A stretch of 38,602 nt of DNA from an uncultured Eubacteriales bacterium. Its GTDB lineage: Bacteria; Bacillota; Clostridia; Christensenellales; Aristaeellaceae. The notes beneath the pieces are model-generated. The model worked only from the letters and a program-made list of their open reading frames with translations, was not told where the DNA came from and ran no database searches. Below, piece after piece: positions 24,657 to 35,212 of this stretch. The DNA lies in NCBI GenBank assembly GCA_902772995.1, contig CACYCQ010000168.1:1-38602 (forward strand). Direction: 5' to 3'. Every line of letters begins with the position of its first letter. Position 1 is the stretch's first letter. The position numbers were made by a program, and so were the translations under genes.

Positions 24657-25403
24657 ATGAGAGTTTTGCCCCGTCTTGAACCCTACCGCCGGGACCTGCC
24701 CTACAGTTATGCGCCTGGGCTGTTCCCTGCCGCGAATGCCATGGAGTATGCCCCTGAACGCTGCCTTCGGCTGCTGCTTTCAGAGAAAAGCCGGGAAAGT
24801 GAGGGAGCTGCCAGGCTTTCGCAGCGGTGCGAGGATGCGGGGGTCCGCATCGAATACGCTGACCGCGTGCTTCGCAGCCTCTCCCACAAAGACAACTGCT
24901 TTGCCGCCATGGTCTATCGCAAGGAGGAACAGACACTGACGGAGACATCGGACCATCTGGTGCTCCACCGGCCCAGTGACAGCGGGAACATGGGCACCAT
25001 GATGCGCACGGCACTGGGTATGGCCTATGGCGAGATCGCCATTCTGGAGGAGTCCGTGGATCCGGATGATCCCCGGACTGTCCGGGCATCCATGGGCGCG
25101 CTCTTTGCCCTCAGGGTCCGCCGTTTTCCCGAAACCGGCGAATATCTGGAGCGCTATGGTCCCGGTCGCCAGCTGTTCCCGTTTATGCTGACGGGGTCCA
25201 CGGACCTGGAGCAGGTTTGCCCGCTTTGCCGGCCCATGTCCCTGATTTTCGGAAATGAAGCCACCGGCCTGCCGGAGGGCTTTTCACGAATCGGAACGCC
25301 GGTCAGAATCGCACACAATGACCGGATCGATTCACTGAACCTGGCGGTGGCGGCCGGAATCGGTATGTACACGCTGCGCGCCAGACGGAAGGAGGAAGGA
25401 TGA
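24657..25403 (+). CDS. SpoU/TrmH-family RNA 2'-O-methyltransferase
   Basis: C-terminal SPOUT motifs LIFGNEATGLPE and IAHNDRIDSLNLAVAAGIGMY, plus GNMGTMMRTA. Confidence 0.8.
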   Translation: MRVLPRLEPYRRDLPYSYAPGLFPAANAMEYAPERCLRLLLSEKSRESEGAARLSQRCEDAGVRIEYADRVLRSLSHKDNCFAAMVYRKEEQTLTETSDHLVLHRPSDSGNMGTMMRTALGMAYGEIAILEESVDPDDPRTVRASMGALFALRVRRFPETGEYLERYGPGRQLFPFMLTGSTDLEQVCPLCRPMSLIFGNEATGLPEGFSRIGTPVRIAHNDRIDSLNLAVAAGIGMYTLRARRKEEG

Positions 25404-26413
25404 TGAGAATCATCTTGGATGCCACGGGCGGAGATACCCCCGATGTCAATCTGAAAGGGGCCATTGACGCCCTGCTTGCCTATGAAGATATCACCGTCGT
25501 GCTGGCCGGACCGCAGGACCAGCTTCTTGACGCCATCAACCAGATGGAGGCGACTACCCGGGACAGAATCGGGAAGCGCATGGAGGTGCTGGATGCGCCG
25601 GAGATTATCACCACTGATGAACATCCGGTCATGGCCCTTCGCCAAAGGCCCCGTTCGCCCTTTGTCCTGGCTGCAAACCAACTCAGGAATCATGAGGCGG
25701 ATGCGTTCGTTTCAGCCGGATCCACCGGGGCATTCATGGCCTCCGGCCTGTTCTACGCCCGGTGCGTACCTGGTGTTGCGCGTCCCGCGCTGGGCGCCAT
25801 GATTCCGGTGCCCGGGCGGCCGCTGCTGCTGGTGGATTCGGGCGCCAACGTGGACTGCAAGCCGGAATGGCTTCACCAGTTTGCGCTCATGGGCAGTATC
25901 TATATGAAAGAAGTCCAGCAGGTGAGTGCGCCCCAGGTGGGTCTTCTCAATATCGGTGTGGAGGAGGTCAAGGGCAATGAACTGACCCAGGCCGTCTACA
26001 AGCTGCTCAGGGAAGAGAAACAGATCGTCTTTGCCGGAAACATTGAAGCCCGCGACGCGATTGCCGGCTCCTGCGATGTGCTGGTGGCAGACGGCTTTGC
26101 CGGAAATATTCTGATCAAGAACATCGAAGGAACCACCAGCGTGCTCTTTGGCCTGATCAAAAAGGGCCTCATGAGCTCTCTGGCCGGGAAGATCGGCGCA
26201 CTGCTGTGCCGGGGAGCGTTCAGAAACATCAAGCGTTCCTTTGACAGCAGTGAAGTGGGCGGCGCGCCGCTGCTGGGCGTGGGGGGCGTCATGATCAAAG
26301 CCCACGGAAATGCCGACGCCAAGACCATCACCAGTGCCATTCGCCAGGCCAGAACCATGGTCACAGCGGATGTTGTCGGAAAAATCAGGGCAGGCACAGC
26401 ACACGAAGCCTGA
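25400..26413 (+). CDS. plsX: Phosphate acyltransferase PlsX
   Basis: MRIILDATGGD N-terminus, SAGSTGA, DGFAGNILIK, GAPLLGV. ATGA overlap with the upstream gene. Confidence 0.9.
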   Translation: MMRIILDATGGDTPDVNLKGAIDALLAYEDITVVLAGPQDQLLDAINQMEATTRDRIGKRMEVLDAPEIITTDEHPVMALRQRPRSPFVLAANQLRNHEADAFVSAGSTGAFMASGLFYARCVPGVARPALGAMIPVPGRPLLLVDSGANVDCKPEWLHQFALMGSIYMKEVQQVSAPQVGLLNIGVEEVKGNELTQAVYKLLREEKQIVFAGNIEARDAIAGSCDVLVADGFAGNILIKNIEGTTSVLFGLIKKGLMSSLAGKIGALLCRGAFRNIKRSFDSSEVGGAPLLGVGGVMIKAHGNADAKTITSAIRQARTMVTADVVGKIRAGTAHEA

Positions 26414-26457
26414 CCTGCGCACGAAAGAAGAATGAGATATATCAAGGAGGTCGCCAT

Positions 26458-26688
26458 ATGCAAATCGAACATCTGCTGCAGCTTGCAGCAGACCAGCTTG
26501 GGGTTCCCGTGGAAAGCATCACCATGGAGAGCCGCTGGAAGGAAGATCTGGGCGCAGACAGCGCCAGCATCATGCTGATGATCATGGACATGGAGGACGC
26601 CACAGGTGTCACCTTTGATGATGAGGCCATCACCGGCATGCAGACTGTCGGGGACGCCGTCGCGTACCTGGAAGCACACATGGCATGA
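26458..26688 (+). CDS. acpP: Acyl carrier protein
   Basis: 76 aa. Phosphopantetheine attachment context EDLGADSASIMLMIMDMED (DS motif). AAGGAGG RBS. Confidence 0.85.
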   Translation: MQIEHLLQLAADQLGVPVESITMESRWKEDLGADSASIMLMIMDMEDATGVTFDDEAITGMQTVGDAVAYLEAHMA

Positions 26689-27392
26689 CGGACAGGGATT
26701 ATTCGGCGCTTGAGAAGCGCTTGGGATACCGCTTCCAGGATACCGGCCTTCTGGACCTGGCCCTGACCCATCCCAGCTATGCAGTGGAACAGCATCTCCC
26801 CGACAATAACCAGCGTCTGGAGTTTCTGGGAGACGCCGTACTGGAGGTCAGGGTGTCTGAAGTGCTCTACCACCGCTTCACCCGGCTTCATGAGGGCCAG
26901 CTGACCCGCCGGCGGGCATCGCTGGTCCGGGAGGAGAATCTGGCACGGGCTGCAAGGGAAATCGGTCTTGGCGCCTGGCTGCATCTGCCCAAGGGAGAGG
27001 AAAGGGAAGGTCTGAGGGACCGGGCCAGCGTACTGTGCGACACCATGGAGGCCGTGATCGCCGCGGTCTACCTGGACGGCGGGTACCAGAAGGCTGCCAG
27101 CCTGATTGACCGGGCGCTCAAGGACTACACACAGGGCGATGAGGACGTGCGGGATGCCAAGTCACGGCTTCAGGAGCTGCTTCAGAAATGGGGAGAGCCG
27201 GCCCCGGCGTATGAAATCGTGTCAGAAACCGGCGCTCCCAATGCCCGCGTCTTTACGGCCCAGGTGCGCCGGGGAGACGGGACTCTGCTGGGAAAAGGCA
27301 GCGGGACCCGGAAGCAACGAGCACAGGAGGCGGCGGCCGAGGTCGCCCTCAGCGTGCTGATGGCGTCAAGCGAGGAAAAAACTGGAAAGTGA
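26685..27392 (+). CDS. rnc: Ribonuclease III
   Basis: Signature NQRLEFLGDAVLE, catalytic MEAVIAAVYLDGG, and a C-terminal dsRBD (KSRLQELLQ...YEIVSETGAPNARVFTAQV...G.G.G.RKQRAQEAAA). Confidence 0.92.
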   Translation: MTDRDYSALEKRLGYRFQDTGLLDLALTHPSYAVEQHLPDNNQRLEFLGDAVLEVRVSEVLYHRFTRLHEGQLTRRRASLVREENLARAAREIGLGAWLHLPKGEEREGLRDRASVLCDTMEAVIAAVYLDGGYQKAASLIDRALKDYTQGDEDVRDAKSRLQELLQKWGEPAPAYEIVSETGAPNARVFTAQVRRGDGTLLGKGSGTRKQRAQEAAAEVALSVLMASSEEKTGK

Positions 27393-27402
27393 GGTCGCGG
27401 GG

Positions 27403-30400
27403 TTGCGGCTTAAACGACTCGAAATCTACGGATTCAAATCCTTTGCGGACAGGACGGTCGTGGAGTTTGACCAGGGCATTACCGGCATTGTCGGGCCCAA
27501 CGGCAGCGGAAAAAGCAATCTGTCGGATGCGGTCAGATGGGTGCTGGGAGAGCAGAGTGCCAAGTCCCTCCGCGGCGGAAAAATGGAAGACATCATCTTT
27601 GGTGGAACGGAGCACCGGCGCAGGATGGGACTGTGTGAGGTCTCTCTGGTGTTTGACAACGAGGACCACCAGCTTCCGCTGGACTTTTCGGAGGTTATGA
27701 TCACGCGCCGGGCCTACCGGGCCGGCGAGGGAGAATACCTGATCAACCGGACGCCCTGCCGCCTCAAGGATATCATCGATCTGTTCCGGGACACCGGAGT
27801 GGGCAAGGAAGGCTATTCCATCATCGGACAGGGACGCATCGACGAAATCCTGTCCCAGAAAAGCGAGGACCGCCGCGCCATCTTCGAGGAGGCGGCAGGA
27901 ATCGTCAAGTACCGCGCCCGCAAGGAGGAAAGTGAAAAACGCCTGCAGAACATGCGTGAGAACCTGGTCCGGGTGGCGGATGTCATCGCGGAACTGGAAA
28001 AGCAGGTGGAGCCCCTTCGGCAGGCCAGCGAGAATGCCCGGCGTTACCTGTCCCTGAGGGACCAGATGCGAAGCCTGGAATGCACCGTCTACGTGGTGCG
28101 CGCGGATGCCTACGAAGCGCGCAGCCGGAAAGACGGCGAGGCGCTCTCTGACATGATGCACCAGGCGGAGCAGATGGAGGCGTCTATTGCGCAACTGGCC
28201 CTTTCCCGGGACCAGATGGCTGACAGAGTGGGTGACCTTGACCTAAAGGTCAACGAAGCCCATGGCCGGGTGCTGTCTCTGACCCGCGAGCGGGAAGCGA
28301 TGCAGGGAAGCATGAAGGTACTCAGTCTGGAGATCGCCCAGCTGGAACGGGATGTTCTGTCCCTGACCCAGGAGGTGGACGTCAGAACCCTCCAGATGAA
28401 GCAGCTTCAGGAACAGCTCCAGGACAACAAATCAGGAATGACGCAGGAGACTGCGCAGCACGCGTGTCTGTGTGCCCAGCTGGAAGAAGCGCAAGCCAAA
28501 CTGCACACCGAATCCGACGCGCTGCTTGCGGCCGAACGGATGCTGGATGCCCACAAGGAGGCCCTCATAGAGGCCATGAACCGCCGTTCCAACGACATGA
28601 CGGCGGAGGCGCGCCTCTCCACTCTGCGCCAGGAACTGGATCGGCGTCGTCAGGAGGCTGACGAAGAGCTCAGCAGACGGGACGAGGAGCTGTCTGCCCT
28701 TGAGGAGAGCCTGAATTCTGCAAAGGCGGAGCTTTCCGCCATTTCAGAGGAGGTCGGGCACAGGGAAACGGCCATTCATGAAAGTCAGGAGCGTCAGCAG
28801 GAGCTTTCCCTCTTGCAGCAGAAACTGCGTGAACAGGGAGATTCCCTGAATGTGGAGTGCTCCGCACTGCGCAGCCGGCTCCATGTCCTGCAGGAGATGG
28901 AGCGGGATTACAGCGGCTATGCCCAGTCCGTTAAACGCGTACTGCAGCAGTTTTCGCGCAGACCCGGGGTGCATGGCGTGGTAGCCAGCCTGATCTCCGT
29001 ACCTGAAACCCTTGAAAAAGCGGTAGAATCCGTCCTGGGCGGAGCACTGCAGCACATTGTCACTGAGGATGAATATGTCGCCCGGGACATGATTGAATGG
29101 CTCCGGAAGGAAAAGGCCGGACGGGCCACCTTCCTGCCGGTGTCCACCATCCGGGGACGGACTCTGACTCCCCAGGAGAGGGAAGTCCTCTCCATGCCGG
29201 GCTGTATCGGCCTGGCCAGTGAACTGGTCTCCTTTGATCCCCGCTTTCGGGGCATCATTGAAAACCTTCTGGGACGGACAGTGGTGGCGGAAAACCTGGA
29301 TGCCGGCATCGCCATCATGCGTCGGGGACGCCAGGCCTTCCGCCTGGTGACCCTGGAGGGAGACGTGATGCACTCCGGCGGTTCCATGACCGGCGGAAGT
29401 GTCCAGTCCCGCATGACCAGCCTGCTGTCCCGGGAACGGGAAATCAAAGAGCACATTGAGCGCATCGCAATGACAGAGGGACAGCTTTCCGATCTTTCAT
29501 CGCGTGCGCAGCAGCTTGCCTCACAGATGCAGGATCTCCGGAAGGAACGGGAAGGGCAGTTTGCCCTCCTGAATCAGGTCCGCATCGACGCCTCCATTGT
29601 GGAAGAGCGGATACGGCAGCTGGAGCAGCACGGAAAGGAACTCTCCCAGGCCAGGGAGAACACCCTTGAACTGCTGCGCCAGATTGAGGCCAATGCCCGG
29701 GAAGTCAGCTCACAGCTGAATCACGTTACCGTTTCCCGGGAAGATGAGGAACATTCCCAGGAGGAAATGAACGCCCGCACGGAAGTCCTTCAGGGACAGG
29801 TGCAGCATCTTCGGCTGAGTGTGGAACAGCTCCGCTCCGGAGCAGAAGCGCTCAGGCTGGAGGTCAGCGGCTGCGCCCACAGAATTGAAAGCCTCCGCAG
29901 GGAGGCGGAACGCCTGGAGGGAGAGCACCGCAAGTGCGCCATTGACATCGGGGATGCACAGGAAAAAATCGGCAGCAAGACCCTCGAGCACCAGAACCGG
30001 CTTCAGGAGCTGGCAGGAACCCGGGAGCTTTTTGACCGGCGGGAGAGCGAGCTGGAAGAGGAAAACAGCCGCCTTGCCACCCTTCAGGGAGAGCGGGAGG
30101 ATGCACAGCGCCAGGTCATCAGGCTGGGCAATGACATGGATACCCAGCGCCGCAGCCAGCAGGACCTGCAGGACCGCATCCACAGGCTTTCCTCACAGCT
30201 GGAGAAAATGAAGTCCGAGGTGGACGCCCTGTCTTCCCGGATCTGGGATGAATATGAGCTGACCTACGCTCTCGCCCGTGCCCACCTGGATGAAAGCATT
30301 GACGTGAAGGATGCGGAGAAGCAGGTGGCCCGCCTGAGGAGCGAAATCCGCTCCCTGGGACCGGTCAACGTGGCCGCCATCGAGGAGTACCGCACCTGCC

Positions 30401-30972
30401 AGGAGCGCTATGACACGCTGACCTCGCAGCGGGACGACCTGCTGAAGGCCGAACGGGACCTGCTGGGGATCATCGACAGCCTGAAGCGGCAGATGGAGAC
30501 CCAGTTCCTGCAGTCTTTTACCCTGCTGCAGCAGTACCTGAGCGAGACCTTCCAGCGTCTGTTCGGCGGCGGCACCGCCAAGCTTCAGCTTCAGGATGAA
30601 AAGGAGGCTCTGACCTGCGGCATCGATATCGTAGCCCAGCCTCCGGGAAAGAAGCTGCAAATGCTGTCCCTGCTTTCCGGTGGGGAACGTGCGCTGACAG
30701 CCATTGCCATTCTCTTTGCCATGCTGCGCCTCAAGCCCACGCCCTTCTGTTTCCTTGATGAAATTGAAGCTGCGTTGGATGACGGCAACATTTCCACTTT
30801 TGCGGAATACCTGAAGAATTTTTCAAAAAACACCCAGTTCGTCATTGTCACCCACCGAAAAGGAACCATGGAGCGCTGCGACTGCCTGTACGGCGTGGCC
30901 ATGGAGGAAAAGGGCGTGACCCGGATTCTTAGCGTGCAACTCAAGGATGTGGACGAACGGGCAGTTCAGTAA
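27403..30972 (+). CDS. smc: Chromosome segregation protein SMC
   Basis: 1189 aa. N-terminal MRLKRLEIYGFKSF...GPNGSGKSN (Walker A), long coiled coils, a hinge, and C-terminal LSGGERALTAIA and FLDEIEAALD. TTG start. Confidence 0.95.
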   Translation: MRLKRLEIYGFKSFADRTVVEFDQGITGIVGPNGSGKSNLSDAVRWVLGEQSAKSLRGGKMEDIIFGGTEHRRRMGLCEVSLVFDNEDHQLPLDFSEVMITRRAYRAGEGEYLINRTPCRLKDIIDLFRDTGVGKEGYSIIGQGRIDEILSQKSEDRRAIFEEAAGIVKYRARKEESEKRLQNMRENLVRVADVIAELEKQVEPLRQASENARRYLSLRDQMRSLECTVYVVRADAYEARSRKDGEALSDMMHQAEQMEASIAQLALSRDQMADRVGDLDLKVNEAHGRVLSLTREREAMQGSMKVLSLEIAQLERDVLSLTQEVDVRTLQMKQLQEQLQDNKSGMTQETAQHACLCAQLEEAQAKLHTESDALLAAERMLDAHKEALIEAMNRRSNDMTAEARLSTLRQELDRRRQEADEELSRRDEELSALEESLNSAKAELSAISEEVGHRETAIHESQERQQELSLLQQKLREQGDSLNVECSALRSRLHVLQEMERDYSGYAQSVKRVLQQFSRRPGVHGVVASLISVPETLEKAVESVLGGALQHIVTEDEYVARDMIEWLRKEKAGRATFLPVSTIRGRTLTPQEREVLSMPGCIGLASELVSFDPRFRGIIENLLGRTVVAENLDAGIAIMRRGRQAFRLVTLEGDVMHSGGSMTGGSVQSRMTSLLSREREIKEHIERIAMTEGQLSDLSSRAQQLASQMQDLRKEREGQFALLNQVRIDASIVEERIRQLEQHGKELSQARENTLELLRQIEANAREVSSQLNHVTVSREDEEHSQEEMNARTEVLQGQVQHLRLSVEQLRSGAEALRLEVSGCAHRIESLRREAERLEGEHRKCAIDIGDAQEKIGSKTLEHQNRLQELAGTRELFDRRESELEEENSRLATLQGEREDAQRQVIRLGNDMDTQRRSQQDLQDRIHRLSSQLEKMKSEVDALSSRIWDEYELTYALARAHLDESIDVKDAEKQVARLRSEIRSLGPVNVAAIEEYRTCQERYDTLTSQRDDLLKAERDLLGIIDSLKRQMETQFLQSFTLLQQYLSETFQRLFGGGTAKLQLQDEKEALTCGIDIVAQPPGKKLQMLSLLSGGERALTAIAILFAMLRLKPTPFCFLDEIEAALDDGNISTFAEYLKNFSKNTQFVIVTHRKGTMERCDCLYGVAMEEKGVTRILSVQLKDVDERAVQ

Positions 30973-30982
30973 TGGAGGTACT

Positions 30983-31978
30983 ATGGGAATCTTTGGATTT
31001 GGAAAGAAGAACCGGGAACCCGGGGACAAGGAGCCGGAACGCGCCTCCGGAAAAGAAGCCCCGCAGCAGGAAGAAGCCCGCGGCGGCCTCTTCTCCAGGC
31101 TCTGGAGCGGCCTGACCAAAACCCGGACCAATGTGGCCGGACGCGTGGACGAACTGGTGGAGGCCACCCAGGTCATCGACGATGACTTCTATGAAGACCT
31201 GGTGGACATCCTGATCATGAGCGACATGGGCGTCTCCGTCAGCGACCGGGTTATCAGCCAGCTGAAGGAGAAGGTGAAAAAGGATCGCATCACCGATGCC
31301 CGAAAGGCCAGGGAACTGCTCAAGGACATTCTGGTGGCGGAGATGGACAAGCCGCGTCAGCCCCTGTCCTGGCCCATGGTCATGCTGGTGGTGGGTGTCA
31401 ACGGCGTAGGCAAGACCACCAGCATCGGCAAACTGGCCATGCGCTTCCGCAATGCCCGCCACAGCGTCGTTCTGGCAGCTGCGGATACCTTCCGCGCGGC
31501 GGCGGCGGATCAGCTTGAGATCTGGGCAAACCGGGCCGGCGTCCCCCTGGTTCGTCATTCCGAGGGTGCGGATCCCGCGGCCGTGGTATATGATGGCATC
31601 CAGAAGGCCAAGGCCTCCGAGGCGGACCTTCTGATCGTGGACACCGCCGGACGCCTGCACAACAAAAAGAACCTCATGGACGAGCTGGGGAAGATCCACA
31701 AAATCATCGCCCGCGAATATGAAGGCGCTGATGTACGCACCTATCTGGTCATCGATGCCACCACGGGGCAAAACGGCCTCGCTCAGGCAAGGGAATTCGC
31801 CTCGGTAACGGATGTGTCCGGCATTATCCTGACCAAACTGGACGGGACAGCCAAGGGCGGCATCGCCGTGGCCATCTCCAGTGAAATGGGGCTTCCCGTT
31901 TCCTATATCGGCGTTGGAGAAGCCATTGAGGACCTGCAGGCCTTTGATGCACGCCAGTTTATCGACGCCATCTTCTGA
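30983..31978 (+). CDS. ftsY: Signal recognition particle receptor FtsY
   Basis: GLFSRLWSGLTKTR, VGVNGVGKTTSIGKLA, DTAGRL, TKLDGTAKGG. I prefer the ATG at 30983 (MGIFGFGKK, GGAGG upstream) over the track start at 30947 inside smc. Confidence 0.9.
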   Translation: MGIFGFGKKNREPGDKEPERASGKEAPQQEEARGGLFSRLWSGLTKTRTNVAGRVDELVEATQVIDDDFYEDLVDILIMSDMGVSVSDRVISQLKEKVKKDRITDARKARELLKDILVAEMDKPRQPLSWPMVMLVVGVNGVGKTTSIGKLAMRFRNARHSVVLAAADTFRAAAADQLEIWANRAGVPLVRHSEGADPAAVVYDGIQKAKASEADLLIVDTAGRLHNKKNLMDELGKIHKIIAREYEGADVRTYLVIDATTGQNGLAQAREFASVTDVSGIILTKLDGTAKGGIAVAISSEMGLPVSYIGVGEAIEDLQAFDARQFIDAIF

Positions 31979-32002
31979 CCCTGCACAGAAAGGACGCTTC
32001 TT

Positions 32003-32557
32003 GTGAGAATTCTCAGACGTCTGCTTCATTTCATAGCCGTGAGGCTTCTGGGGGTGACCCTTGTGTTTGCCCTTCTGATTCTGTCCTTCTATACGGCAAT
32101 GAACACGGCCAACATCTGGGTGCTCATGGATGAGGGACTCCAGATGAGGGCCGGCGCCGTACTTACGGGAAAAAATGCTGATCGGCTGTCCAGCTATTTC
32201 CGGGAGGATTTTCTTTCCGCTGATCCGGTCCTGCAGGTGGGCCTGTCTGACAGAAGCCCGTACAGGGATTACACCATCCGTTCCTTCCGTCACGATGTAC
32301 AGATTCTCTCCATCTGGAGCTGGCCCTGGGAAAAAACCGCCCGGGCCGAAGTGGTGGAGCGGGTGCCATCCATTGACGGCACCATCCGCAGCAGCAGCCG
32401 GGCACAGGCCCTGAAGGAAGGCGGGGAGGAGCGGCTGAATCCCCCCGCATGGAACGGCGGCAGGTATCGCGTCAGTCTGGTCCGGGAAAAGGGGAGATGG
32501 AAGATTTCCAATCTCCAGCTTCTGGAGGCCCTGAAGGAGGCCCCGAATGGTTCCTGA
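32003..32557 (+). CDS. Hypothetical membrane-anchored protein
   Basis: GTG start with AAAGGA 8 nt upstream. One N-terminal TM helix (LLGVTLVFALLILSFY) followed by a ~140 aa soluble domain. I recognise no motif. Confidence 0.5.
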   Translation: MRILRRLLHFIAVRLLGVTLVFALLILSFYTAMNTANIWVLMDEGLQMRAGAVLTGKNADRLSSYFREDFLSADPVLQVGLSDRSPYRDYTIRSFRHDVQILSIWSWPWEKTARAEVVERVPSIDGTIRSSSRAQALKEGGEERLNPPAWNGGRYRVSLVREKGRWKISNLQLLEALKEAPNGS

Positions 32558-33533
32558 CAGAACACGGGCGATGCTCAGCCCCATGGCCGGAGTCACGGAC
32601 CGTGCCTTTCGGACCCTGTGCTATGCCCATGGGGCGGGACTGTGCGTGACCGAAATGGTCAGCGCCAAGGGGTTTATGCTCTGCGCCCGGGAGAGCGAGG
32701 CCCAGCGGCGTCTTCTGGAGGTCGCCCCGGAGGAGGCGGGCCGCACGGCCGTGCAGATCTTTGGGCATGAGCCTGAGATTATGGCGGAGACGGCACGAAG
32801 GCTTTCCTCCCGGGGGGTGTATTCCATGGTGGACATCAATATGGGCTGCCCGGTGCCGAAGGTCGTGGGAAACGGGGACGGCTCCGCCTTGATGCGTGAT
32901 CCGGAAGGGGTCAGGAGGGTGGTGCGCGCCGTCTCACAGGCCAGCGCCCTTCCCGTCAGCGTCAAGATGCGTCTGGGATTTGCCCCTGAGGAGCGGCGGC
33001 TGTGCCTTCGTCTGGGGGAAATCTGCCAGGAAAACGGAGCGTCCCTCATTACACTCCACGCCAGGACCCGAAGCCAGTTCTATGAGGGGCGGGCGGACTG
33101 GCCCGCCATCCGGGAAATGCGCAGATGCCTGTCCATCCCCGTGGTGGGAAACGGGGATGTCACCGATGCAACGGCAGCTCTCCGGATGCTCGAGGAAACC
33201 GGATGCGACGCGGTGGCGGTAGGGCGTGCAGCACAGGGGAATCCCTTCATCTTTTCACAGATTCACCAGCTGCTCACGGGAGCACCGGTGTACATGCCCA
33301 CGCCCATGGAGCGCCTTGGGGCATGTCTGTGGCATCTGAACATGCTCATCTCCTTCAAGGGAGAAGAAACGGCGGTACGGGAAATGCGCCGCCATGCAGG
33401 ATGGTATACCCGGTCGCTGCGGGGTGCAGCGGCTTTTCGGACAAGAGTGAACGTCCTCACCACCGGCGAGGCGTTCCGGAAGGAATGTACCGCGTTTTTT
33501 ACGCAGGCTGAAAGGGAGGAGAATATCTCATGA
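32547..33533 (+). CDS. dus: tRNA-dihydrouridine synthase
   Basis: SPMAGVTDRAFR, DINMGCPVPKV (catalytic Cys), ITLHARTRSQFYEGRADW. GAAGGAGG RBS. Confidence 0.9.
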   Translation: MVPDRTRAMLSPMAGVTDRAFRTLCYAHGAGLCVTEMVSAKGFMLCARESEAQRRLLEVAPEEAGRTAVQIFGHEPEIMAETARRLSSRGVYSMVDINMGCPVPKVVGNGDGSALMRDPEGVRRVVRAVSQASALPVSVKMRLGFAPEERRLCLRLGEICQENGASLITLHARTRSQFYEGRADWPAIREMRRCLSIPVVGNGDVTDATAALRMLEETGCDAVAVGRAAQGNPFIFSQIHQLLTGAPVYMPTPMERLGACLWHLNMLISFKGEETAVREMRRHAGWYTRSLRGAAAFRTRVNVLTTGEAFRKECTAFFTQAEREENIS

Positions 33534-34672
33534 TAAGGAATATCGTCGGTGTCATGGACAGAACCATCGACCTGTTTGAAGGACAGTATCCGGTGCCCAA
33601 CGGCATCAGCTACAATTCCAGCGTCCTCTTTGATGAGAAAATTGCCGTGATGGATGCGGTGGATGCGCACTTCACCGGGGAATGGCTGAGAAACCTGCAG
33701 ACCGTGCTGGCCGGAAAACGGCCGGACTATCTGATTATCTCCCATATGGAGCCGGACCATTCCGGCGGCATTGCCAGCTGCTGCAAGCTCTTCCCCGAGA
33801 TGACACTGGTGGGCACCGCCAAAGCGCTTGCCTTCCTGGATCAGTTTACCGATGAATCCCTTCCCAATGAACGCATCACGGTAGCCGAGGGCAGGGAGCT
33901 TTCTCTGGGAAAATGCACCCTGCGCTTCCTGACAGCGCCCATGGTCCACTGGCCTGAGGTAATGATCACCTATATTCCGGAAGAAAAAATGCTGTTCTCC
34001 GCGGATGCCTTCGGATGCTTCGGCTTTGACGGGGCAAGTCTGGTGAAGGAGGACTACCGCCGCTATTACACCAATATTGTCGGAAAGTACGGCGCACAGG
34101 TGCAGGCCGTGCTGAAAAAGGCCGCGTCCCTTGACATTGAGCGCATCTGCCCTCTGCACGGACCGGACCTGACAGGGGAACGCCTTGGCGAGATCCTTGA
34201 GCTGTACCGGAAGTGGTCCACCTGGACTCCGGAGGACGACGGCGTGCTGGTGGCGGTCACCAGCCTCCACGGTCACACGGAGGAGGCCGCGCATCAGGCC
34301 TATCTGGCCCTGCAGGATGCAGGTGTTCCGTGCACCTTTGTCAATCTGGGCCGCCAGCACGTGTCCACTGCTGTCTCCGCCGCCTTCCGCCACAGCGCCA
34401 TCTTCCTGGCCAGCGTAACCTATGACGGCGCGCTGCCCCAGGCTACCGCCGGCTTCCTGTCTGTGTTGAAAGCCAAGGGTTTGCAGGGAAGAAGGGTGCA
34501 GCTGATGGAAAACGGCACCTGGGCGCCCATGTCCGGCAAGCTCATGCGCGCCGCACTGGAGGAGATGAAGAACATGACCATCGCCGAACAGACCCTGAGC
34601 TTGCGCTCCATGGCGCATCCTGCAGACCTTGAAAAAATCCGCGCTGCTGTCCTCCAACTCGCTGGCAGATAA
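33530..34672 (+). CDS. Flavodiiron protein (FprA-type; MBL-like diiron domain plus flavodoxin domain)
   Basis: Diiron ligand pattern SHMEPDHSG (HxExDH), MVHWPEVM, SADAFG, CPLHGP. C-terminal flavodoxin-like VLVAVTSLHGHTEEAA. ATGA overlap with dus. Confidence 0.8.
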   Translation: MIRNIVGVMDRTIDLFEGQYPVPNGISYNSSVLFDEKIAVMDAVDAHFTGEWLRNLQTVLAGKRPDYLIISHMEPDHSGGIASCCKLFPEMTLVGTAKALAFLDQFTDESLPNERITVAEGRELSLGKCTLRFLTAPMVHWPEVMITYIPEEKMLFSADAFGCFGFDGASLVKEDYRRYYTNIVGKYGAQVQAVLKKAASLDIERICPLHGPDLTGERLGEILELYRKWSTWTPEDDGVLVAVTSLHGHTEEAAHQAYLALQDAGVPCTFVNLGRQHVSTAVSAAFRHSAIFLASVTYDGALPQATAGFLSVLKAKGLQGRRVQLMENGTWAPMSGKLMRAALEEMKNMTIAEQTLSLRSMAHPADLEKIRAAVLQLAGR

Positions 34673-34683
34673 GGCGGGCCGGT

Positions 34684-35199
34684 ATGCCACAGGAGATATG
34701 GGATCTGCTCGATTCGGAAGGCCGGTTGACCGGAAAGACCATGGTCCGCGGCCAGGAGGTTCCTCCGGGAATGTACCATATCGGGGTGCATATCTGGCCC
34801 ATGGACGGACGCGGCAGACTGCTCGTGCAGAAGCGGTCCATGCAGGTGCTCTGGAAGCCCGGAATCTGGGCTGCAACAGGAGGATCCGCGGTCAGCGGGG
34901 AAACCCCCGAGGAGGCAGCCCGGCGGGAGCTCCGGGAGGAGCTGGGATATGAGGCACAGGCCGATGAACTGCGGCTTCTGGCACGGCTTCGTCGGACAAA
35001 TTCCTTCTGCAGCATCTATTTTCTGATCACCGACCGGCCGGCGGAGGCTTTCCGTCTTCAGAAGGAGGAGGTCTCAGAGGTCCGGTGGTTCACTCCGGAG
35101 CAAATCCGCCGGATGCTCCGCACCGGCCAGATGTACAACTACGGGGACCCGTATTACAGAATGCTTTTTGACATGCAGCAGAAATACAGAAAGCGCTAA
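34684..35199 (+). CDS. Nudix hydrolase
   Basis: Nudix box GGSAVSGETPEEAARRELREELG. Confidence 0.8.
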   Translation: MPQEIWDLLDSEGRLTGKTMVRGQEVPPGMYHIGVHIWPMDGRGRLLVQKRSMQVLWKPGIWAATGGSAVSGETPEEAARRELREELGYEAQADELRLLARLRRTNSFCSIYFLITDRPAEAFRLQKEEVSEVRWFTPEQIRRMLRTGQMYNYGDPYYRMLFDMQQKYRKR

Positions 35200-35212
35200 A
35201 CTCAGAGGATGT

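Noticed and set aside
30941-32596. 551 aa minus-strand ORF antisense to ftsY and the following gene; likewise 33263..34876 (537 aa) antisense to the flavodiiron gene
   Set aside because: Both span several well-supported + strand genes and lack motifs. They are antisense shadow ORFs.
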